63,509 bases of DNA, from contig CM060733.1 in the NCBI GenBank assembly GCA_030704615.1, positions 44,640,492-44,704,000 on the forward strand, read 5' to 3'. Positions 47,090-59,400 of this stretch are shown here, one piece after another (the stretch's first letter is position 1; the number at the start of each line of letters is the position of its first letter). The notes under the pieces are model-generated. The model saw nothing but the letters and a program-made list of their open reading frames with translations. It was not told the DNA's origin and did not search any database. Both the position numbers and the translations under genes were made by a program. The DNA is from Takakia lepidozioides. Lineage: Eukaryota; Plantae; Bryophyta.

Positions 47090-49065
47090 AGATGGAAAAA
47101 CGGCGCCACATTTCCATTCGAGGCCGACCGTATGAAGTCGACACGGGGGGGAACCCGACACCTCCCTTAACCCTAAACTTCCCCCGGACGGACAACGGCG
47201 CCGAAATTTCCATCCGACGCCGCCCGGACGAAGTCGTCTTGGGGGGAGAGGCCGACGCTTGGCTGAGAGAGAACATCCCCCGGATGGAAATTCGGCGACG
47301 AAGTTCAATCCGGGGCCGCCCGGATGAAGTCGGCTGAAGGGGAGAAGCCGGCATCGGGCCGACAGAGAACATCCCCCGGATGGAAATTCGGCGCCGAATT
47401 TCCATCCGGGCCCCCCCAAAGGAACTCGTGTCGGGGGGTGAGGTCGAAAACTGGCCGACATAAAACCTCCCCGGATGGAAAAACGGCGCCGAATTTCCAT
47501 CTGGGGCCGTTTGGATGCAGTCGGCTCGGGGGGAGAGGCCGGCACCTGGCCGTCAGATTACAACCCCCGGATGGAAATTAGGCATCGAATATCCAACAGA
47601 GGCCGCCCGGATGAAGTCGCTTCGGGGGGTGAGGTCGAAAACTGGCCGACATAAAACCTCCCCGGATGGACAAACGGTGCCGAATTTCCATCCGGGGCCG
47701 TTCGAATGCAGTCGGCTCGGGGGGAGAGGCCGGCACCTGGCCATCAGATTACAACCCCCGGATGAAAATTCGGCACCGAATATCCAACAGGGGCCGCCCG
47801 GATGAAGTCGCCTCGGGGTAGAGAGGCCGGCACCTGGCCGACAGAGAACATCCCCCGGATGGAAATTCGGCGCCGAATTTCCATCCGGGGCTGTTCGGAT
47901 GCAGTCGGCTCGGGTGGAGAGGCCGGCACCTGGCCGACAGAGAACATCCCCCTCATGGACAGTCGGCGCCGGTTTTCCATCCTACAGGGCACCAGTTTAC
48001 TTGCAAGATGGAAATCGGCGCCGAATTTCCATCAAGCGGGTAAGCGATATCGCAGCCGGATGCAAAACTGGCGCCGAATTTCCATCTTGCAAGTAAACTG
48101 GTGCCCTGCAGGATGGAACGGCCGGATGGAAATTCGGCAACGAATTTCCATGTATGACGTAAGCGGGATGGAAAAGAAGCAAGGAATTTTTCTCTAGCAG
48201 ACGAGAATTCCTTGAAAAACGTGTCTAAAAGTGGACTTCAGCCACAAAACTGAAGGTTTAGTGTCTTTTTAGACCAAAAAACGCTTAAAACTGCATGCAA
48301 GGACAGAAAATTGTTCCTGAAGGGGCCCCAGACGCAAACATCCAGCCGGCGTCGGATGGAAATTCGGCGCCAAATTTCCATCCGGTGGATGTTCTCTGTC
48401 GGCCCGGTACCGGCCTCTCCCCCGAGGCGACTTCATCCGACCGGCCCCGGATGGAAATTTGGCGCCGTTTTTCCATCCGGGGATGTTTTCTGTCGACCAC
48501 GTGTCGGCCTCACCCTCCGAGATGACTTCCTGCGGGGGGCCCCGGATGGAAATTCGGAGTCGAATTTCCATCCGGGGGATGGTCTCTGTCAGTCCGGTGC
48601 GGGCTTCTCCCTCAGCCGACTTCATCCGGGCGGCGCCGAATTTCCATCCGGAGGATATTCTCTATCGGCGACGTGTCCGCCTGCGGGGGGCCCCGGATGG
48701 AAATTCGGCGCCGAATTTCCATCCGAGGGATGTACTCTGTTGGCCACGTGCCGGCCTCCCCCCGACACGCCTAGTGACGGCGGCCTCGGATGGAAATTCG
48801 GCGCCGAATTTCCATCCGAGGGATGTACTCTGTCGGCCAGGTGCCGGCCTCTCCCCCCGACACGCCTAGTGATGGCGGCCTCGGATGGAAATTCGGCGCC
48901 GAATTTCCATCCATCCACGCTCCGAATTACCTGCAGGATGAAAATTTGGCGCCAGATTTCCATCCGGCGTCTCCTGGATGAGAACTGCTCGGGCGGAGGG
49001 AGGGCCTCGTTGCGTCATACTTCATCCGCTGGATGGAAATTCGGCGCCGATTTTTTCCATCCAGT
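47090..49065. repeat. Array of type-B palindromes GGATGGAAATTCG-GCGC-CGAATTTCCATCC arranged as two oppositely oriented arms
   Basis: Perfect 30-bp copies e.g. 47378-47407, 47857-47886, 48695-48724, 48788-48817. Left-arm spacer GGCACCTGGCCGACAGAG vs right-arm reverse complement CTCTGTCGGCCAGGTGCC. Confidence 0.95.
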
Positions 49066-49315
49066 GGGCGATTGACGAAGTCTCGGGGGGATATTCGGTG
49101 GGCGCCTGTGACCGACCACAATACCTGCAACATTTAATGGCGCAGTTGGGCATTAAATGTCCTCCGCCGTCGGTTTTGAACCGGGGTGGCGACACAGGGA
49201 TTCCGCGCTTGCTTCCCGGATACGCCTTGGAAACCCGATGCTAAACTTGGATGAACTTCTATTTGAGGCATGTACGCACACATACTGCGAGATCTTTTTT
49301 CTTTTGCTGGGACTT

Positions 49316-50471
49316 ATGCCACGTGGAGAAGGGCGTGGCTCTCCTGAGAGAGACCCCACATCCAGACCGTGGCGGAAGCTGAAGGCTTTGTACTACGGGC
49401 GACGTCCAACCTCTCGCATGGCCAAACTTAAGCTCCAGCAGGAGATTCCATTGTCTTGCTCACAACCCGCGCCAACTGAAGCCGAGCACTCTCAGGCAAG
49501 CCACTTCCTCTTTTGCTTTGTGTAACATGTGCGGTTTTCTTCATTTTTTGGTTTGTTTTCGCATCTTCAGCCTGGCAGCCCTGGAAGCGCATGGTTGCAT
49601 TGCAAAAGCAGGAGTTGCTGAGAAGAATGATCAAGGTCAGAGTGGTTAGAAAGGAGCCAGGTCGTTGCTGCATTCAGATTTGCAACAGGGTGCACACCTC
49701 GCTGTAGATAACAGGTTGCATCTTGGAATTAAGGAAATCCATGCTGAGCTGAGAAGATTGTCTGAGCAGATGAAGTGCCTTCAAAACATTTCACCCTGTT
49801 TTCCCGTCTTATGGAATTCGTGTTCATTTGTTCATCGTGTTCATGTTACCGGTTGAGTGAACCTTAGATAGTTTGCAATGCGTGTGCAAAGCCGGCAGCT
49901 CTGGAGAAGGCTGCTTGTGCATGTCATTCTTAGGCATTGGTTGGATTTGTTTTCATTGTTGTTCCATGCCACTCCATACTTGGTTTTGTTTTGTTTTCAT
50001 TGTTGTTCCACGATTGTTGCGATGGTGGTTGCGCTGCTCATTGCGATGGTGGTTTTCTTTCCATGTTGGTTCTCACGATTTTTGGGGATGACAGAGTGAC
50101 GACAAGTCCGGCACGCTGGTGGTATCATCGACAGCTCCAACTGCTCGAGCAGTCACTCCAAAAGCCGCTACTCATCGCATGTTTGGATCGCCCAACTTGG
50201 GGCGGGAGGGCAAACTAAAACCTTTTGTTGGTGGACGGGAGGACCTGCAGCGAGAGTACGACAGAATAGGCATTGGGGAGGTTGGTGCAGGCGGCATGGT
50301 AGGTGAAGGGCGTCGGATGAGGACAGCAGATCCGGCAATGGAGGATGTTGATACACATGCAGTAGGGCCCGCCCACGCAAAGAAGAAGAAGAAAGCCAAG
50401 CACATTGAATCCCCGGCGAGAGAGCCGTCACGGGCTACAGAGGGGGGAGTGAGCAAGGCGCGCGAGGGTGT
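49316..50471 (+). pseudogene. Probable 5' exons of ParB-MTase copy 3, interrupted by an LTR element
   Basis: RPWRKLKALYYGRRPTSRMAKLKLQQEI aligns with copy-1 first exon RPRRKLRKLYFGRRPMPKGRKQMRLQEEI. Both follow a palindrome array and both end at CTCAG|GCAA. ParB/MTase exons are not in the window. Confidence 0.6.
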
Positions 50472-53400
50472 TGTCGCGCGGCTTTTACTCACCCATCCCT
50501 TCGCTATTCGAGGTGGAAACTCCAAGATTGAAGAGTTGGAAATCTCTAAGTACTCAGCCCGCGCAGAACAATCAGTCATGACCTACAGCTAGTGTATCAT
50601 GGGGGTGTTTCCTATTTGTTTCCCTTATGGTATTCATGTTAACTATCTTACCATTGATAATTAAGTATCAGTTTACTTTATCAATCTATTGGATTCCATC
50701 AACTCATCCATTCATTCCACAGCTTCACTCAGATCTCTCTACACAGTGCGATTGTATCGTAAAAGTATCCGATTATGATTTATCAGGTATCAGGCCGAAG
50801 CCATTGTGTCTCTAATCTACTCTACAATATCATTACAGCCTTGCATATATCAAGCATCTACTCATCATCTCTCTATCTTCACTTCCGTTCTTCATCTCTG
50901 CCCGATCCCCTCTCCTCTATCACCAAGAAGTCCTCCTCCGAATGCTGTCCAAATCCCCTCCTCATTCCCCGTTTTCCCTTTATCTTCCTATCCGCGGTTC
51001 TAACCGTTTCCCTCACTAACCGTCGTCTGTGAACTAACATGTTCCCTTCGCAGGTGTTGTTCCCCACAGTCGTTCCCTGTCCTACTCTTCGTTCCCTATG
51101 ATCGTGACAGCTGTGTCAAGCTGTGACTGGCTGTGTGAAACTGTGACGGGCTGTGACTGGCTGTGCGACTGTGTTTGGCTGTGTCGGGCTGTGACTGGCT
51201 GTGTGGCTGTGTCGGCTGTGTCGACTGTGTCGGCTGTGTCGGCTGTGTCGGCTGTGACGACTGTGACGGCTGTGTTGGCTGTGTTGGCTGTGACGACTGT
51301 GACGACTGTGACGGGCTGTGTTGGTTGTGTGGGCTGTGATGGCTGTGTGGGCTGTGATGGTTGTGTGGGCTGTGACGGCTGTGTAACCCCCTCTACAGTG
51401 CGCTGCTGTCACCCCTAAGGCTCCTGTTGGTCTCAGTCTGTGCAAAAATTAAGGGTACCCTACAGATCCCGTATAAGTGTCTAAGTCCCCGACAGTCCTC
51501 TAACATTACCCCTTCCCCCCTCAAAAAGCCGTGTCCTCACGGTTTACTGATTTCTACTAGCAAACCTTTGTGAGTGAGCTCCTTCTTGACGTTGAGAGTT
51601 TCGTGGCGGACTGTGTGTACGAGCCCGAGGTCTGTTTCTGGTTGACGGAGATGGTTGATCACTACTTGGATAAGTGAGGCCCTCTGGAGGCTGATATCGA
51701 GGTAATCTTTCCGGCATAGGAGATCCCCGTCGCTTCTTCTCTCCATCTGAATTGCATAGTCTTCTCCCATGTCAAAAGAATTCGGTGAAGAAACAGTTGT
51801 ATCAGAATCCTCATCGCCTCTCAGGTGTTTTAATTTTCGAACTTTTTGTGTAATCATCTGGGGCATACAATGCTGTCCTACCATGTCTGGAAGTTTGTAT
51901 TTTACAACATGGTGTAACCGCTGAACAGCAAAATTGGTGTAGACACTGAGCTCCTTGTCTGTCCAGGTGAGTGGGGTACCAATTACTGGTGCAGCGTGCA
52001 AGTACTTCCATGCCACATGTCCCTTATAGAAAATGTCATCAATGCCGAATTTCTGTGTTGACAAATGGTTGCAGGCTGCTTGAAACCATGAGCGAATTTG
52101 AGAATCCTTTTGCATCATAACTTTTGGGTCATATAGGTACATATGAGGTGGCACCGAAGGTAATACCCAATGATCTCCACTAGAATAACTTTGAAAGCGT
52201 GTTTGCATCTTTTGTTGCTCAATGTGGTAACGTACCAGAAAACAAGCAGCGTAGTATAACCCGCACCCCATGACAATACTTGCTATCTCCTTGGTCTTGG
52301 TATAAATGAGTCCATGTACAACCTGGAAAGCAATCAATTCCCTCAACATGGTACCTGCCTCGTGCCAGTATTGTGCAAAGTGATGATCTTCAATATGTCG
52401 ATTGTTCGGAAGAACTTTAGTCCTAGTTGCCACTGGCAGCCAAATACGCATGATTTGGTAGTAATGTGCGAATGACTGCGGAGGACTAAATTCTTTCCAA
52501 GCCAAATCCAACATGATGGGAATTTGGTTGAAGGGCATAATCATAGCCCTACTGTACTCCCTTGCAGCTGGAGTGGAGTTTTAGGTGGGTTAAAAGCGGC
52601 ATTGCCCCATACCTCCGGCTGTGGTGGCTGTGGTGTGGTTGTAACCACAGGTTCAGCTACTGGTACAGTGACTTGTTGTGGTGGTGGTGGTACTGGCTCT
52701 TGTATCATTGGCATCTCCTGCACCTCCTGTGAAGACTGAAAAGCCAAAGTTCTGGCTTGTAAATAAGAAGCCATTAGCTGTTCCTGAGGGATATAGACTC
52801 TTTGGTCGATGTTTGAAGTGAGTTCTTCCACTTGAGTCTGGAGTCCGTCTACATCCTCTTGTAACTCTGCTATCCTACTATAGACATTGTCTATAGTAGT
52901 TGTGGCAATGTTCTGCACCTGCAGCCTGAGCTCATTCATCTCGCTTTGGGTGAGCTTCCGTGGTGCTTTGCCCTCTACTGGCCCTTGTGCTAACCAGACC
53001 TGCATAAGGCTGTTATCCACCAAGTTGCTTGTGGTCCCCTGAGAGTTTGCTCCTCTCTCAGCTTGTACAATTCCAACTGCTGTTGTAAAGCCTCCATGCG
53101 CTTCGCCTGAGGTTCAACCAATTGCGCATAAGCAGCAAGTAGATTATTGGCTTCCTTCCAAGCCTTGTTAGTGACCGCGATTTCATTTCTATTGGCCATG
53201 ATGGTTTGTTGCAACTCCACGATGTGTTCTCTTTGATCAGCTTCAATCTGCCTGTATTGCTTGAAAGTATCTTCATTGCGACAGATTGTATTCTTCATAT
53301 CGACAATGAGCTTCATTTGCTCAACATTCTCTTCTTCTGCCTTCGTACATTTTTCCGCTTGACTGTTTATTTCTTTTGTTGATTGGTCAAGCATAGTTGA

Positions 53401-56400
53401 AATGTAGCACATTGTATCGCCATCCTGTTATGCACTGTCTGCAACTCCGTATGTAGTGCATTCAGTTCTTGCAACTTGCTTTCATGCTGCACCTGCATTT
53501 GGTATAGCTGTTGCTTATGTGCTTCGTGCAACTGGTCTTGCGCGAGGCCTGCCTCAATCAATTGTTGCTTGGCCAATTGCAAAGCCATTTCTGTATTTCC
53601 CAAGTCCTGCTTCATCTTGAGAGTGACCTCTTCATCGACCTTGTTTGCACACTCAGTGGCAAGTCGAGCCTCAAACTCCTTCCTGAGTTCCTCTTTCAAG
53701 GCTGTCAATTGGGTAATTGGAACATGGGATTTGACATAAGTCCCCAACAAATTAAGTGTCCTGCCTATGGAACTCATCAGCATTGCCTGTTGAGGGTCAT
53801 CATGGTGAGGTTGCTGCTGTTCCTCCTGATCTTCAACAGTGTGATGTCTCACTAACCATTCAGGCCATTGTCCCACCGGATTTTCTTCCTGAACTACTTC
53901 ATCTATCACCGGTGCTACAGTGTCATGACCTTCCGCCTGTGGTACCTCCGACACAGGTGTGTGTATTATATGCACCTCAGGATTTCCTTGGGCAACTGTT
54001 GCACCTCTGGGATTTCTGTCTCCTTGACCAGACCAGAATATTCATAGAGAAGGTCCCCCTTCTCTATTTCTGCCACTATCTGTTCTGTAGTTGGAATATC
54101 TAACCCTTCATTTTCCAAATCAATTATTTCTGGTTGAGCTGCATGGATAACTTGTGACCTTGTGACAAGTCGTTCAGGTGGCTGTGATGGTTGTGATGCA
54201 GAAGAAGTAACTTCCTCCTCCCTCTCCGAAGGTCCTGCTTCCAGTAATAGCATTTCTCTGTGCTGCTGTGCCCCTTCCTGTCCATGAGCTTGGGAAACAT
54301 TATCATGCGGAATCCGTGAAGCCAGTGGATCCGCCACTACAGTCTTTCCCGTCTCTGCCTCTTAGTCTCGGGTTGCCCTGCTAGTCCACCCTCACTATGT
54401 GAAGAGCCTTGCTCTTCCATTGCAGTTGTTTCTGGCTCAAACACTCCCATTTCCTTCTTTCTTGCGCATTAAGTATGCCAGAATCAAGGATTATTTGAGC
54501 AATGATTGGGCCAGACACTATTATAGGAGACTTTGCGGTAGTACCTTGTAATTTTTTCATCTCCTCTACCAGTGCGTTGTACATTATGTCCGCCCATTGT
54601 ACCTCTCGTCCCTTCAGGCCTTTGAGTATTTCCTCCGTGAAGGATCTGCTCAAATACTGTTGGTTCTGTTTCATGGCAATCAGAACGTTCAATACCTGGC
54701 CTACCTCTTTTAACCCTGGGTACACAGCCTTGGTACAAGCATAACCCTGAGTTTTAAAGAAACTCAGTCCTATTTGCAGTCTTGCCCTGTGTTGCTCCAC
54801 ATGCACCTGACCTGCTGGTAATCGAAACAATTGCTGGAGGTATAGGGGAGTAATCATTAATTCAACTCCCTTCACCGTTGTTGTTCCTGTCCTTGGCTCA
54901 AAGTTCTGCAAAAATTGTAACATGTACTGTCTATGGTGTAGTGTCCAATCTAGGCTTTGCAATCCTTGCAATCTCAGCTCCTCCAGTATCTGTATCGCCT
55001 GTGGGGTAGCAATTTTTGTTTCTGCAGAATCGTGGTGCTCTTCACCCTGATTTCCTCCATTCCTCTCACTCTCTTCATTTTAGACTCACAGAACTGTTTT
55101 GGCTGTAACAACTGCAGGAATGCCTGTAGTGCACAAAAGCATAAACGTATGGTTGTCGCAGAAAGCTATGGGTAATTTCTTGTAAGCCTGCGGGGCTTGC
55201 AAGCATCGCTCAAGAGAAAAGCTCTGCTCTGTCCTTTCGTGTCTATGCCACTGCGTAAGTAATATTGCGAGCGTATAGTCTGTTAGTTCCTCCATAGTTT
55301 CCAAGTTATAGCATTGATGGCCTGTCCTGTCGAGACGCCCGTTACTCAGAACGACGCCGCCTCTTGCGCTCAATTTCCCTCCATTTTCTTGATCCTTTCT
55401 CTGGTTTTCTATTGGCTGTATCCGCTGTGACTGGATTTTAGATTTTATCTTCTTTAGTGGACTTTCCCTGTTGGATAGTCCACTAGGATCACACATGTGA
55501 CAAGAATTCGGCTTTTCTGTACTTGCCGTTCGTTCCGTTTCCCTTTTTCCGTACTCATTAATGGGCCTGGCTTTCATCCCTTTTGACGGCCGTTCTTGTC
55601 TTCTTTCTTTTTGACACCTGTCCTTGCACTTCATTGTCGGCTGTGTGTGTCGCGCCCTGACCTCCACGTGTCTATTTTTAAAGTAATTTCCGTTTCCTCT
55701 TCCGTCATCCATTTTCCTGAAGTTATTATGTTCCACTTGTCACTGATTCTATGGATGGTGTAACTTTAGTAGGCTGTGTTGAGCTGTGACAGGCTGCTGT
55801 GTCATACTGTGTACGTGTTGTGGTTGTGCTGTGATAGGACTGGATGCACTGTGGTAGCTGTGATAGCGTGGCTGTGACGCTGTTTGTGGTAGGTTGTGAT
55901 AGGCTGTGTTGCGCCGTGCTGGGCTGTGATTAGGCTGTGATAGGCTGTGTCGCCTTGCGGGGGATGTTGCCTTGTGTGTGCTGTGATAGGCTGTTGTCAC
56001 GTTTGTTTGCCTACCCTGGTCATATATGCTGGGCCTAGCGACAAGTGTTCCATACTCCGTTCGTAACACTGGTGCAGCCCGTGACTGCTCTTGCGGTTCA
56101 ACATGCAAATCATGCTGCAGGGTTTGTCATGGATACCACTGTACCCCTTCAACTTATTTGCATTGACTCTTCCCAGCATTTCTTTGTTAATGGTTTGTAA
56201 CATGGCGGTGTTGTTATCATACATCTTTTGTATGACATAAGGTCCTTTCCACGGTGATTTAAGCTTAGAAGCTTGAATTTCCTTTCTTCTGCAACCATAG
56301 AACCAAATCCCCCGTCTTAAAAGTCTTTAACTTGCCTTCATCAAACTGTTCCTTTCGCTTCATCTGAATTCTGGTCATATTATCAGCTGCATCAGCACGT

Positions 56401-59400
56401 ACTTCTTCCACATGGTATAATTCATGTTTCCTGACCTTGATGGAGTCTTGCAATTCCATTCTTTTCCCCACTCCGTTCTCATGGTAGGTAACAGGAATTC
56501 CACTGGAAGTAAGGCTTCCATACCATAAACTAATTGGAATGGTGTATACTTAGTGGTGACTTTTATATGAAGTCCTGTATGACCACAAAGCTGTCAGCAG
56601 CTTTGTATCCCAATCCGTTCTGTTTGCATTGACTATCTTAGCCAGGATAGTACATAGTATTTTGTTGGTAGCCTCTGCCTGCCCATTACCCTGGGGTAAT
56701 ATGTTGTACTCTTTCTATGCACAATCATAAACTCTTTAGTCAACAACTCAATGGTCTCATTCATGAAGTGACTTCCTTGATCACTGATAAATTCTAAGGG
56801 ACAGCCAAATCGTGTGTAAGTATTTCTCGTACAGGAACCTTGCTGTGGACTTGGCTGTGTTGTCCTTCAAAGCTTTAGCTTCCACCCACTTTGTAGTATA
56901 ATCAGTGGCTGTAATTATGTACCTGTTTCGTGTATTCTTGGATGGTGGGTTAATTGGTCCAACAAAGTCTAGTCCCCATTTCTGAAATGGTTCCGTAGGC
57001 ATTGTAGGATGCAAGGCCATCCTTCCAGATCTCTGCAAAGGTCCTAGCCTCTGACATTCATCACACTTCTGACAATACTCGTGTACATCTTTGAACAAAG
57101 TAGGCCACCAGTATCCTGCGAGTAGTATCTTTCTACTGGTAGTCTCTTCTCCAAAATGACCTCCAGCCACTCCTTTATGAACTTCCGTCAAAACTTTATT
57201 TACTTCATGGTGGTACAAGCATCGTTTTAGTACTCCATCAGGTCCTAACTTATACATTCTGCTTCCTACCATAGTATAAGGTAAAGCTTTGATAGCGATT
57301 CTCTTCCTCTGCTCCTTACCATAACTAGGTGGGCACTGACCATGAGCAAGGTAGTATCTGATTGGCCACTGCCAATCTAACCATTCATCTGCACTTCCTT
57401 GCACCTCCATTACAAAAAACTCGCATCAGGTAACTGATCGTCCACTCCTGTGGCGGCCTCTCCTGTTGTTAGTCGTGACAAATGATCTGCCACAAGATGC
57501 AAACGGCCAGGCTTGTAAATACCTCGAACTCAAACTCATGCAAGATTATTAACCACCTCGCTATCCTTCCACTTATCAAAGGTTTGTTCACCAGATATAT
57601 CAGAGCCTGGTGATCCACATAAAACATAAACTTTCTCCCAATAGGTAATGCCTGAATTTCTTGACTGCATAAATCATGCCAATGTCTTCTTTCCGTTGTG
57701 CTATAGTTCCTCTCAGCACTGTTCATCAACCGGCTAGCATAGTACACAGGTGAATCTATATTCCCTGTAACATTATGGGCTAACACCGCTCCCAACGCTT
57801 CTCCTGATGCATCGCAATGAACATTGAATACTACATGCCAGTGAGGGTTAATCAGTACAGGTGTAGTTGTTACTGACAGTGTAAGTTCCTCAAATGCCTG
57901 TTGACATTCCGCTGCCAGGTAAACTGCATCTTTCTTCAATAGTTTGCTCAATGGTGCTGTATTTGTGCATACCCTTTTGACAAATCTCCTGTAATAACTG
58001 GTTTGCCCAAGGAATCTCCGTAGACTTTTAACATTCATGGTGGGGAGAGGCTTTAATGGACTCTGACTTTCTGGATCCACAAGGAGTCCCTTCTACACAC
58101 AATGTGTCCCAGAAGCACCCCTGAGTTCACACAGAAAGTACATTCTCTGGATTCAGGCCCAGACCTCTCATCCTACATCTGGCCAAACATAACTCCAATT
58201 TATGCAAGTGCTCACTCTTAGAGCTGTACACACTGAAATCATCCAGAAACCTGCATGAAATCCCGATACTCATGAAAAGATTCACTTATCACTCTCTGAA
58301 AGGTCGCTGGTGCATTACAAAGTCCAAAGGGCATGACTTTGTATGCATAAGCCCCCAGTCTGTGATGAAAGCTGTTTTCCCTTGGTCTTCTTCTGCCACT
58401 TGCACTTGATTATAACCACTGAAGCCATCCATGAATGAGTACATCTCATGGGCCTGCCACAGTGTCTAATACTGCTTCTGTGAATGGCAAGGAAAGGATC
58501 TTCTCTTCGTACAAGCATTCAGCTTCTTATAGTTCACACATACTCTTAGTTTGCCATTCTTCTTGGAACTATAACAATGGGTGACAACCAAGTTGTACTC
58601 TATTGGGTATATAAACTTAGGCCTCAGCCAACTTCTTATCTCTTCTCCAACCTTCTGTGCGTAGTTGGGATTCATTCTATACCTCGCCTGCTTGATTGGT
58701 ACTGACCCTGGACCCTGGTTCCAGTTCATCTTATGCTGACAGACTTCAGTGGTATCCCTTTTAGATCCTCATAGCTCCAAGCAAATACATCTCTGTATTT
58801 GATGAACAAGCTTTTAGCTTCTTCGAAGAATTCCGCTCCAAATCAGCTCCTACTTTCACCATCCTCGTTTCCTCCTGAGTTCCCACATTTACTTCTCTCA
58901 CCTGCTCATCAGCTGTGTGATTGTCCAACCAGTCACCACTTCATCCTGTAAGCTCACAGTGGCTTGTTTCTTCTAGGATTTCTATTTCTCCTTCTCTCTC
59001 TTCATAGAAATGTGATGGGTAAATGATAGTTTCCTTTCCTCTTCAGTTGGTGTTGCTGTCACTACACCACAGCAGATACCTCTCAAAACAACTTAGGCTT
59101 TCCAGCCGCATCTCTGCAACTGCTCCCACTCTGGGTGTGCAGCAATAGGGTAGCTTCCTGCTCCTCATCCAGTCCTCCCTCTCCAGTCATACTCTCTGAC
59201 TCCTCGAGGTCTTCTTGTAGCAGGTAATCCTACTAGATTTCTTTGTGGTAATTTGTATCTCTCGTGTATCCCATTATGCACAGTTAGTAACTGAGAATTC
59301 CCGTCATGGAATACCCTGGCCTGTTCAGCCACGGAGACGTCCCAATAATAAGGAGTAAGCCTCCATGACTTCATCCATTGTAATACAGTTACTGTGATCA

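Noticed and set aside
46924-49133. ORFs with MEIRRRISIR/DGNSAPNFHP repeats
   Set aside because: Translations of the type-B array.
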